NCBI GenBank assembly: GCA_051530055.1
Contig: CM121341.1
Span: 7,728,784-7,792,783, forward strand
From: Neoechinorhynchus agilis
Lineage: Eukaryota > Animalia > Acanthocephala
Reading direction: 5' to 3'
DNA length: 64,000 bases
Shown: piece after piece, positions 50,322-60,975 of the stretch
Position numbering within the stretch: the stretch's first letter is position 1
How the letters are laid out: each line of letters opens with the position of its first letter
Position numbers and translations under genes: made by a program
The notes under the pieces: generated by a model
What the model was told of the DNA's origin: nothing
What the model saw: only the letters and a program-made list of their open reading frames with translations
Database searches by the model: none

Positions 50322-51026
50322 TTGTTATATTGCCGCTTTAATTGTAGTGAAATGAAAAGTGAGTATAAAATTTTGAACTGCATGTTCTCAACATCTTTTC
50401 TTTTAGTGATGAGAAAACTCTTTTGCCTAAAGCAAAATCATTCAAATAAACGTACAATTCAGAATTCTGAAAACATTAACAAAACGAAAAAATTGAAAGG
50501 TTTTCGTATGATATTTCAAACGGTCCTCAAATGCTTCGGTGGTTCTAAGTTGGAGGCAAATGGAAAGGATTTAGAAAATGACCACGAAAAGCACACAGAA
50601 CAGTTGATGAAGAAAGTAAATCGTCCTAAAATTGATGTTTACACCAACAATGAAGAAAATAAAACCCAGAATACAAAGAAGTGGCAAGATTACCAAGAAG
50701 ATTGGGCAAAGATTGTCGACGATGTTATCAATGCGGATAAAAACAAAATATTTAATATTCCACTCTTGAAGGAAAAAGAAGAAGTTAGTCGAATGCCGAA
50801 TATCGAAAATGAAGACAGAGCGACATTTAAAGGTCACCATAAAAAATTAAAAGAACCAAATACAGCCAAAATAAGAACAACCACGACTTTGACAACAAAG
50901 AGCAAGGAACCAGAAGATTATTCAGATGGAGATGATCGTTGTATTCGGTGGATAATATGGACGGCAATATTTATAATGTTAATGTGCGCAATAGTTGTTG
51001 GCAGCACTTTTGGAAAATGTTATTGA
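50322..51026 (+). CDS. Second copy of the orphan tail-anchored protein (inverted relative to 20013-20717)
   Basis: Identical 234-aa translation; homologous flanks ~50170-51200. Confidence 0.6.
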   Translation: MLYCRFNCSEMKSEYKILNCMFSTSFLLVMRKLFCLKQNHSNKRTIQNSENINKTKKLKGFRMIFQTVLKCFGGSKLEANGKDLENDHEKHTEQLMKKVNRPKIDVYTNNEENKTQNTKKWQDYQEDWAKIVDDVINADKNKIFNIPLLKEKEEVSRMPNIENEDRATFKGHHKKLKEPNTAKIRTTTTLTTKSKEPEDYSDGDDRCIRWIIWTAIFIMLMCAIVVGSTFGKCY

Positions 51027-52121
51027 AAATAAAATGGTTTCTAAGTTGGTTTTCGCGATAATTTCAATCGTTTGCGTGTTTCACCTTTGAAAAACGGTTT
51101 AGTAATTATTAAATCCGACAAAGTTTATCCAGACGAAATAATAGAAAATCGGGTAAACGGTTGACACGAAGAAAATCTTTTGTTATTTAATAGGATACCT
51201 CCGTGCGATCTCGGGGATTTTTCGATTTTGTTGTTTTTTAAAAAGGTCCAAAGTGTTCACTTTGGCAACAAAGAACTCGAATTCTGAAGAAACACGCAAG
51301 GGAAAACCTCTGATTTGTTGTGGCATTTTGGGTATCTATTAAAAACCACAACCAATCGCTTAACTTGCTTAAATAAAAGTCGAAAATCGCCCAAAACTTT
51401 TTATTTCACGAGATTATCTTATATATTCCCCGACTTTTAACGGTGTACAAACACAGTTCTAAATTGACATTGAACTTTATTGTCATTTTAAACCCCCCCC
51501 GATTAAATGTGAAACAAAGAAGTTGTTGTCTAAATCAAACCACTTAGAAATTGACTTCTTGAACACAATGCACTTCACTGATTCCGTCTCACAAACTCCA
51601 TCAAGTGACTCATTGTAAACGGCGTAGGAAGACCCACTTTTTATATCTCTAACCCGAAAAGCATTAAAATGAAATTTATGTTGAAGCAACACGGATTAAT
51701 GACCAAAGTTCTCACTGTTTTACTAGGATTGTTTTATTTATTCGCTTACTTGAACCGTCCAACCATTGTTCAATACAGGTTAGTTTCATGATTGAACACA
51801 ATTTGAGTAATGTTAAGTTTTGAAACGAAAAAAACAGAATTTGCATATTGGATTTCACTTTTCCAGTGTTTCCGACCTAATCGAATACATTAATTTCTGG
51901 AAGGGTTATTTAGATCTTGTTAAAAACATTTAGAACCTCGCCGAATTTATCTGCATTTATAAAATTGATGGTTGTGATACCAAACGATGAGGATTTTTTG
52001 CAAAGCTGAGATGAAACCCCTTCTGACGAGGTTCTAAATGTCTTTAATCAACTTTTTTACTAGGATGAGGACCTAAATAAAACTTGTAATATTGATGGGT
52101 TTGAAAATCTCTAATTGAAAA

Positions 52122-52260
52122 GATAGTTCATCATTGTTTTCGTCGAGTGGAGAAAGTAATTAAATTTAATTAAATTAAATATTTCGATCCTCTATCTCGG
52201 ATCTTCTTCAGTATTGTTTGCAAGTTTTTTCAAATTAAATTTAATTACTTTCTCCACTCG
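52122..52260. repeat. Fold-back: ~29-bp perfect inverted repeat enclosing a piece of the 11720 palindrome family
   Basis: tcgagtggagaaagtaattaaatttaatt ... aattaaatttaattactttctccactcga. Confidence 0.8.
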
Positions 52261-52419
52261 AAGAAAATCTCTAATTTAGAAAAGAAAATAATTTGGGTTT
52301 TTGTATTTAACTGAGCTCAAATTCCCAAAAAAGACGTTTATTCTAATCTAAAAATCTTAAACGTCTAAAATGTCCATATGTGAGAGAAGTGCTTTTTATG
52401 CCATTGCCCTCAAATACGC

Positions 52420-53210
52420 TTGTCTTTTAAGAACTAACAAACTGATAATGAACCTAAAGAAGTTCTAAACGTCTTCAATAAAAGATTCTTTACCCAAATG
52501 AAGAATTAAATAAAATTTCTAATCTTATACCTCGGTACCTCTTCACTTACCGACCTTCATTTTATATAACTCTTTTTATTCATCATCCATTTTTTGATTT
52601 AAGAACTAACAAACTGATAATGAACCTGAAGAAGTTCTAAACGTCTTTCAAAAAAAGATTCTTTACCCAAATGAAGAACTAAATAAAATTTCTAATCTTA
52701 TTCCTCGGTACCTCTTCACTTACCGACCTTCATTTTATATAACTCTTTTTATTCATCATCCATTTTTTGATTTAAGAACTAATAAACTGATAATGAACCT
52801 GAATAAGTTATAAACGTCTTTAATAAAAGATTCTTTACCCCAATGAAGAATTAAATAAAATTTCTAATCTTATACCTCGGTACCTCTTCACTTACCGACC
52901 TTCATTTTATATAACTCTTTTTATTCATCATCCATTTTTTAATTTAAGAACTAATAAACTGATAATGAACCTGAAGAAGTTCTAAACGTCTTTAATAAAA
53001 GATTCTTTACCCAAATGAAGAATTAAATAAAATTTCTAATCCTATTCCTCGGTACCTCGTCACTTACCGACCTTCATTTTATATAACTCTTTTTATTCAT
53101 CATCCATTTTTTGATTTAAGAACTAATAAACTGATAATGAACCTGAAGAAGTTCTAAACGTCTTCAATAAAAGATTCTTTACCCAAATGAAGAATTAAAT
53201 AAAATTTCTC
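52420..53210. repeat. ~172-bp tandem repeat, ~4.6 copies
   Basis: ttaagaactaa(c/t)aaactgataatg at ~52428, 52599, 52772, 52944, 53116. Confidence 0.92.
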
Positions 53211-53266
53211 TCACATGTGGGCATCTTGGCATAAATTTCTAGTTTAATATTGAGAAAAAACCAAAC

Positions 53267-55077
53267 TTGTACTCATTTTATTCCCGATTTAGGACTCCAT
53301 TGAGGAAAATCCAAGTGGCATGTGTACTGGTCACTTACTTTAAGAGAATTGAAGGATTATCGGCGAGCTACGAAGCTTGGTCTCATCATTGTTCTCGTTT
53401 GTTCGTCGTCTCCTCAAATATGAGTTTGTCATTGAATCTTGAAACCAAAAAAAGACTAAGAAATGTGGAATTCGTAGAAAATATTCAGTGCGATCATTAT
53501 TCTTGCCTGACCGAGAAAACATTTATTGGTTTGCACCGAGCTTATGAGTTTCTTAATGAATCAGAAGGTCGATATAATGAATTCGATTGGATTTTAAAAG
53601 CAGACGACGACACCTACATTCATTTTTATAATCTTTTGTTGTTCCTGAGTAAACTTGACCCAAACAAAAAATTAGCCACTGGATTTTTGTTTAAGACACA
53701 CTGGAGCGGTGGCGCTGGTTATGTATTGAGCAGGAAAGCTCTCGAAGCGTTCACACGAGCTAAGGACAGTTTGGAAAGAACTTGTTTGATCTCAAAATCA
53801 ATCGGGTAGATTTCGGTTGTTGTTTTTCCTATTGGCGAGGTATTTCATCCCCTTTTTTCCAGAAAGCCGGTTTTATTAAGTGTTTTTGTAGAACATTCCT
53901 TAATCGGCTTTTTCCTTTTTAGCCACACAGCCAAATCGATCTAAGTCATGAAAAACTCTGATGCCCGGATAGTTTCCTCTATTCAGCGAGGTATTTCGTC
54001 CCCTTTTTTGAACTTCTCGGCCCACTTAAACAGGGATTCGAGGGCTACACAACTACGGATTTTATGAACTCTGCCAGTTTTATGCTTTGGGGCCGGTTTT
54101 ATTAAGTGTTTTTGTAGAACATTCCTTAATCGGCTTTTTCCTTTTTAGCCACACAGCCAAATCGATCTAAGTCATGAAAAACTCTGATGCCCGGATAGTT
54201 TCCTCTATTCAGCGAGGTATTTCGTCCCCTTTTTTGAACTTCTCGGCCCACTTAAACAGGGATTCGAGGGCTACACAACTACGGATTTTATGAACTCTGC
54301 CAGTTTTATGCTTTGAGGCCGGTTTTATTAAGTGTTTTTGTAGAACATTCCTTAATCGGCTTTTTCCTTTTTAGCCACACAGCCAAATCGATCTAAGTCA
54401 TGAAAAACTCTGATGCCCGGATAGTTTCCTCTATTCAGCGAGGTATTTAGTTAACATCTCAAACAAGTTTTGAATCCCCGTCCGGATCCTGAGGAGGCGG
54501 AACTCATTCGTGAGTTTTCTCATTTCCATTTAGTGGTCTTCTCTGATCCAAGATATCTTTTGGCTGTGTGGCTAAAAAGGAATGTTCTAAAAAACCACTT
54601 AATAAAACCGGCTTTCTAGAAAACATACGGGAGTTTTTGTTAGTTCCAACATAGCCTCGTTTCAGTTTTACAACTTATGATTTCATCGCATTCATAAGAT
54701 CAGTTCTACTTCGAAATTGAACACGTTCAGCTTACAAATGCAATTATCAGTCGCACTTATACGAGAGCGAAGATTACGCTGCTTATAATTGTCTTCAAGC
54801 TGTCAATGTAACTTTTGTCCAGTCTGCTGATGGATCTACTCAGCGATTTCATGCTCTCGATCTGAACAGTTATCTCTTCAACAACATTCCGAAATGGTTG
54901 CGGGACATGTCTCGGATTCCAGTCCAAACGGTAAGTTTCACTCGTCTGCTTTTAATTAAAAAAAAAGAGGATTACCAGGGTGACAAATTCTGCAGTAGAA
55001 CAACGATCTCATTTCATTACATTAGACCTCACGACATGCAAATGATGGAAAGGATGATAAACACTCATTGTAAGTGA
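53267..55077 (+). CDS. GT31 glycosyltransferase, C1GALT1 (core-1 beta-1,3-galactosyltransferase)-like; 5' exon(s) not located
   Basis: FDWILKADDDTY, WSGGAGYVLSRKAL, EDY, TISFHYI; introns 53806-54767 (GT-AG compatible) and 54931-54978 (gtaagt...ccag). Confidence 0.85.
53865..54450. repeat. ~226-bp tandem repeat, ~2.6 copies, in the C1GALT1-like intron
   Basis: gccggttttattaagtg at ~53866, 54092, 54318. Confidence 0.9.
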
Positions 55078-55282
55078 GAAAACAAAGGAAAAATCAAAAG
55101 AGCCGGAATTTTTAAAAAGTTTCATTTGGTCTCTTATAATTCTCAAAACAAAAATAATTCAGTTTCAATTTATTTGCCGATTAATCGACATTGATTTTGT
55201 ACGCAATTTTGAAACCTATGTTTTAAGTCGTCTCAGCATCTCGTTATAGTTTTAGAAGACTCTTTAATCGATCATTTAGATT

Positions 55283-58200
55283 TCATACATTCTCGTCATC
55301 AGACTCGCTAATCCGCGCAATTTTCCTTCTTTTAATACGAGTATTCATTATACAAATAACGGAGTCCTCTTCGGACTCACCGTTAGTTTGCTGTTCAATA
55401 ATCTCGCTATCCGAATCAACGCAAAAACTGTCGATAATATAAGCATCGCTCGTTCCAGCTTCAGAATCAATGGTGTTTTTGAAAGCAGGAACCACGCAGG
55501 CTTGTACTTGGGCGGTATTTATTGGACTTATAAGACTTTGAAGATACTCGGCGTGCATTTGCGTATGAGTGATTTGTTGACTGATCATATGAGTATCTCG
55601 ATCATCGATGAAATCCTTCAGAGATGCAATCTCATCATCACTTTCATACTCAGTAGATTCACCATCAACATCAATTGCTTGTGTCAAGAGCATGTCGCGA
55701 CCTGGAGGTCGTCTTTTTTCCCTCACTTGAACTTCATTATCCTCCTCGGCACTCGTGTCATCCATATCGTTCAAACTAGCAAAAAGGTCGTCTTTTTCAC
55801 CGATTTCCATTCATTTTCTCAAATGAAAATCAATGACATAGTCCGAGATCAAAGATTTCGTTTCCATCTAACGGTTGAGTCGCTTCGCATCTACCAATAT
55901 CGAAGTCTTCATCGTCGTTGCAAATCATTTCCATGATTTCTCTTGTCTGATCACCTATCGCTTCCATTTGTTCACTTTTTTTATCATCCAAACTCAAATC
56001 CATCGCATATGCGTCCAGAAGTTGCTCTACTGGAATAGTGCCCCAATCTATCGGATCCATAATTGGAGAAGATGATCTTTGCGGTAACTTTAAATCCTCC
56101 TTGAAGATTTCCGCTTTAGAATTCAATGCAATCGTCTTAGCAATGGGTGATTCATCGATGACCTTATCAGTTTGCATCTTAGGCCATTCGTCTATACCAA
56201 TCGTTCTCTTTCAAGTAGCCATTTAAAGTTCATACTAATTCGCAAGGATGCATTTCCATCAAAGCTTAACTTGCTTAAATAAAGAAAAAAATCGATAAGC
56301 TTAATTAAAAAGGAAAAATTGAAATTCAAAGTTATTCATTAGCAAATGAACGTTAGATCCAAAGCATCTTTGCCAATAACTTCATAGAGAACAATTGGTT
56401 TACAGCAGAAGAAGTTAAATCTCCTTTTTCGTTGTTAATTCGAGCATCATTTCTGAATCTAAATTTCTCAATCAAATTCCACATATTTGAATGTGCGAAG
56501 AATCGCGTTTTAGTGCAAGGTCCGATTTCGATCAATGCTTTCGATAGAAGAGAACCATTGTACATAAAAGGCTTCACGTGTTCATTCCAGTAGGTAAACT
56601 CATCATTAGTAATACTGAAGGACGCATCTTTTTTTAAAACTATTCTTTTTCCTTTCTCCAGGGACTCCTCATCCTCAAATGAAGGGATATTAAGGATCTC
56701 TACTCGTTTGCACGTTGGAATGATGCCTAACGGAACTAGTCTAGGATTTGCTGAGTAGAATTTCAATTTTCCGTGTACACTTGGACCCATGATTTGGACC
56801 AGTCTTTTCCTATTAGCGTTACAAGCATTGTAAGCATTTGATTCTTTACCTTCCGTTAAAAGCATGATGACTTTCCCGTGTCTTTTTCGACCAGTTCGTC
56901 CCATTCGTTGAACCATTCGGACTGGACTGCGATTGGAATCAAAGCAAACTATTAAATCAACGTCACCAATGTCAAGACCTTCTTCAGCGACGCAGGTAGC
57001 CACAAGGACGTTGTAGTGTCCCGAAGTAAAGAGTTCCAAGACATTGTGCTGTTCACGAATCGAAATCCCTTTACGACGGCTATTTCCAGTGCTGCCATGG
57101 CCAACAAAACAGACTGCTCTTATTAGAGGCCGATGGCGATTTAGGTAATCCGCAATCTCCTGGACACTATCTCGGTATTGAGAAAACACTATTATACCGT
57201 GCCAAATGGTCGAGCACAAAGATTATAAAGTATTCTAATTAAAATGAAGATGGAATTGTTTATGCGTTTTATATGGAGCGAAAACCCGTACTCCAATTCA
57301 ACAGAGGAACAAAACTTTAACCTTTTAAATTTCAATCCGAATTTTATCTTTTTATACAGGACAAAATTAATGATACAAACCCTAAAGTCGGCCATTGAAC
57401 CAAAAAGATTTTTACTCCAATTTAAACGGGCAAACAAAACTTTAACCTTTTAAATTTCAATCCGAATTTTGGCTTTTTATACAGGACAAAATTAATGATA
57501 CAACCCTCAATGTCGGCCATTGGACCAAAAAGACCTTTACTCCAATTTAAACGGGGAAACAAAACTTTAACCTTTTAAATTTCAATCCGAATTTTGGCTT
57601 TTTATAGAAGACAAAATTAATGATACAAACCCTAAAGTCGGCCATTGAACCAAAAAGATTTTTACTCCAATTTAAACGGGGAAACAAAACTTTAACCTTT
57701 TAAATTTCAATCCGAATTTTGGCTTTTTATACAGGACAAAATTAATGATACAACCCTCAATGTCGGCCATTGAACCAAAAAGATTTTTACTCCAATTTAA
57801 ACGGGGAAACAAAACTTTAACCTTTTAAATTTCAATCCGAATTTTGGCTTTTTATACAGGACAAAATTAATGATACAACCCTCAATGTCGGCCATTGAAC
57901 CAAAAAGATTTTTACTCCAATTTAAACGGGGAAACAAAACTTTAACCTTTTAAATTTCAATCCGAATTTTGGCTTTTTATACAGGACAAAATTAATGATA
58001 CAACCCTCAATGTCGGCCATTGAACCAAAAGATTTTTACTCCAATTTAAACGGGGAAACAAAACTTTAACCTTTTAAATTTCAATCCGAATTTTGGCTTT
58101 TTATAGAGGACAAAATTAATGATACAAACCCTAAAGTCGGCCATTGAACCAAAAAGATTTTTACTACAATTTAAACGGGGAAACAAAACTTTAACCTTTT

Positions 58201-60975
58201 AAATTTCAATCCGAATTTTGGCTTTTTATACAGGACAAAATTAATGATACAGCCCTAAAGTCGGCCATTGGACCAAAAATACCTTTACTCCAATTTAAAC
58301 GGGGAAACAAACCTTTAACCTTTTAAATTTCAATCCGAATTTTGGCTTTTTATACAGGACAAAATTAATGATACAACCCTCAATGTCGGCCATTGAACCA
58401 AAAAGATTTTTACTCCAATTTAAACGGGGAAACAAAACTTTAACCTTTTAAATTTCAATCCGAATTTTGGCTTTTTATACAGGACAAAATTAATGATACA
58501 ACCCTCAATGTCGGCCATTGAACCAAAAAGATTTTTACTCCAATTTAAACGGGGAAACAAAACTTTAACCTTTTAAATTTCAATCCGAATTTTGGCTTTT
58601 TATACAGGACAAAATTAATGATACAACCCTCAATGTCGGCCATTGAACCAAAAAGATTTTTACTCCAATTTAAACGGGGAAACAAAACTTTAACCTTTTA
58701 AATTTCAATCCGAATTTTGGCTTTTTATACAGGACAAAATTAATGATACAACCCTCAATGTCGGCCATTGAACCAAAAAGATTTTTACTCCAATTTAAAC
58801 GGGGAAACAAAACTTTAACCTTTTAAATTTCAATCCGAATTTTGGCTTTTTATACAGGACAAAATTAATGATACAACCCTCAATGTCGGCCATTGAACAA
58901 AAAAGATTTTTACTCCAATTTAAACGGGGAAACAAAACTTTAACCTTTTAAATTTCAATCCGAATTTTGGCTTTTTATACAGGACAAAATTAATGATACA
59001 ACCCTCAATGTCGGCCATTGAACAAAAAAGATTTTTACTCCAATTTAAACGGGGAAACAAAACTTTAACCTTTTAAATTTCAATCCGAATTTTGGCTTTT
59101 TATAGAAGACAAAATTAATGATACAACCCTAAAGTCGGCCATTGAACCAAAAAGATTTTTACTCCAATTTAAACGGGGGGGAACAAAACTTTAACCTTTT
59201 AAATTTCAATCCGAATTTTGGCTTTTTATACAGGACAAAATTAATGATACAAACCCTAAAGTCGGCCATTGAACCAAAAAGACCTTTACTCCAATTTAAA
59301 CGGGGAAACAAAACTTTAACCTTTTAAATTTCAATCCGAATTTTGGCTTTTTATACAGGACAAAATTAATGATACAACCCTAAAGTCGGCCATTGGACTT
59401 ACGAGTCTTTGAAGGGTCACTCATTGTTCTGAAATGAGCAAGTACAACTTCTTCACATTTCACAAGTTTTGGATGAACAAAGTTCGTAACTTTTGATTCA
59501 ACGGCAAACTCTGCACTAAGCTGTTCGAATATTCGAACCAATTCTGCATCTGACTTGATTTTCACTTTTATCCATGCTTGTCCACCTTCACCCTCCATGG
59601 AATCCTTAAGATGAAGATAGAGACTTCGAGGTCCATGTTGCTTTAAAAGTTCATATCCGTGATATAGGCTAATGGCGAGGGCAAAGTCACTTTCCACGCG
59701 ACTAACCAATTGTCTATCCGTCATTTTGGACGCAACCTCCCTTCGGAATTTATCTCTATTTTGAAGAAGCATAAATTTGGATAAATTCTTTGGTTCCCGG
59801 GCATACATACATTGAAGATTTTGAAGACGACCGAGCGGTCGATTTAGCACATTACATAAAGATTGCTCCAATGCTAAGATCTCAGGTGTAAGTTTGACGA
59901 TTAGAAAATGATTACTGAACGTTTCTGGGTTAAACGAGAATTTCGGATTTTCGTTTTGGATTTGTCGGATATGAAAAAAACAAACTAAAGAGCCAATTAG
60001 AATTCGTTTAATAAAGAGACGTATGGAGCGCTCGGCACTCTGCTCCAGGATCTCTCGAAGAAATTGAGAACCGGAGACTCAAGAGCAGTCCTTCGACAAA
60101 ATATCTCGCAGTGACGGTCGAGGAAGGAGAGAAGCTGGAATTCGGCGGGAGGTGTGTTAATTGTCGAGAAATGAAGATTGATTGGATAAATCTGATGGTT
60201 CATTTTGAGTTCAGTGATCATTTTGAACGGTCTTCAAATGTTTTTGTTGCATATAAGGTGCAACATCGATTGATTCTTCAGTTCGAAGTTCAATATGAGC
60301 GATTAGAAGATTATCGATCACGGATTGAATAGCATGATGGTCACTTCCGGGCGTTGCGGTTAAGGCGAGTACCCTGAAGTTTCTTGAAGGAGAAAGTTGG
60401 CACAAGAGTTCAATAACTTTAACGTAAGCATAGTTTCCAGTTGCCCGATGAGCTTCATCGAATACCACGCAACGGATACTTGAAGCCAATGAAGATCCAG
60501 CAATAATAAGGTCATTGGCTAGAACTTGAGGAGTCATAAAAAATACACGTTTATGTTCGGAATTATAAGCAGATAATCGTTCGGTTGGATTTGTCGATCC
60601 AGTTACACTTGAAATCGCTTTAGAAGGAAGATTAGTTAAATTTTGGAAAGCGGCTGATTGTTGTACCACAAGCGGTTTCGTCGGAGCAAGAAATATGACT
60701 TTATCTTTTGGATACCATCGATAGAAATTATAGATGACTACAGTGGCGATAAATGTCTTACCAAGTCCAGTTGGAAGGACAACCATTGTATTTCGAAGCA
60801 AACTTTTCTCAACAATGTTCAATTGATATGAACGTTCAGATTGTGAAGGATACAGAAATACACCCTCCGTCGTATAATCGAATCCGTCGATCGTCGCTTG
60901 ACTAATGAATGACGAATCGTGAACACCCAAACTGAGACGCCCATTGGAAGATTCGCCTAACATCAATGAGTCCAA
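55283..60975 (-). CDS. FANCM: FANCM/Mph1 DEAH helicase; ~5 exons; ATG probably 60963
   Basis: VLPTGLGKTFIA, FLAPTKPLV, VFDEAHRATGNYAY, LALTATPG, FSQYRDSV, ATCVAEEGLDIGDVDLI, QRMGRTGRKR, SLKDFIDD...EYLQSLISP. Confidence 0.93.
57198..59402 (-). other. FANCM intron 2, non-canonical (GTAAGT...CG), TIR plus GTA direct repeat, filled with a 125-bp minisatellite
   Basis: Joins SKTR to IIVFSQYR; gtccaatggccga pairs with tcgaccatttggcac. Confidence 0.75.
57270..59400. repeat. 125-bp minisatellite, ~17 copies
   Basis: aaaactttaacc at 57311, 57436, 57561, 57686, 57811 and onward. Confidence 0.96.
59905..60228 (-). other. FANCM intron 1, non-canonical, 16-bp TIR (15/16), contains a CRE fragment
   Basis: aaaatgatcactgaac / gttcagtaatcatttt; joins QQKHLKT to (L/V)IVKLTPE. 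Confidence 0.8.
60000..60145 (+). mobile_element. Deleted 3' end of a CRE-clade element inside FANCM intron 1
   Basis: gagacgtatggagcgctcggca...ggagactcaagagcag...acggtcgaggaaggagagaagctggaattcggcgggagg matches the reverse complement of 22000-22190. Confidence 0.85.

Noticed and set aside
53806-54767. C1GALT1-like large intron as another non-canonical case
   Set aside because: An in-frame GT...AG solution (SIG-EDY) fits within one residue of the orthologue, and I found no convincing terminal stem.
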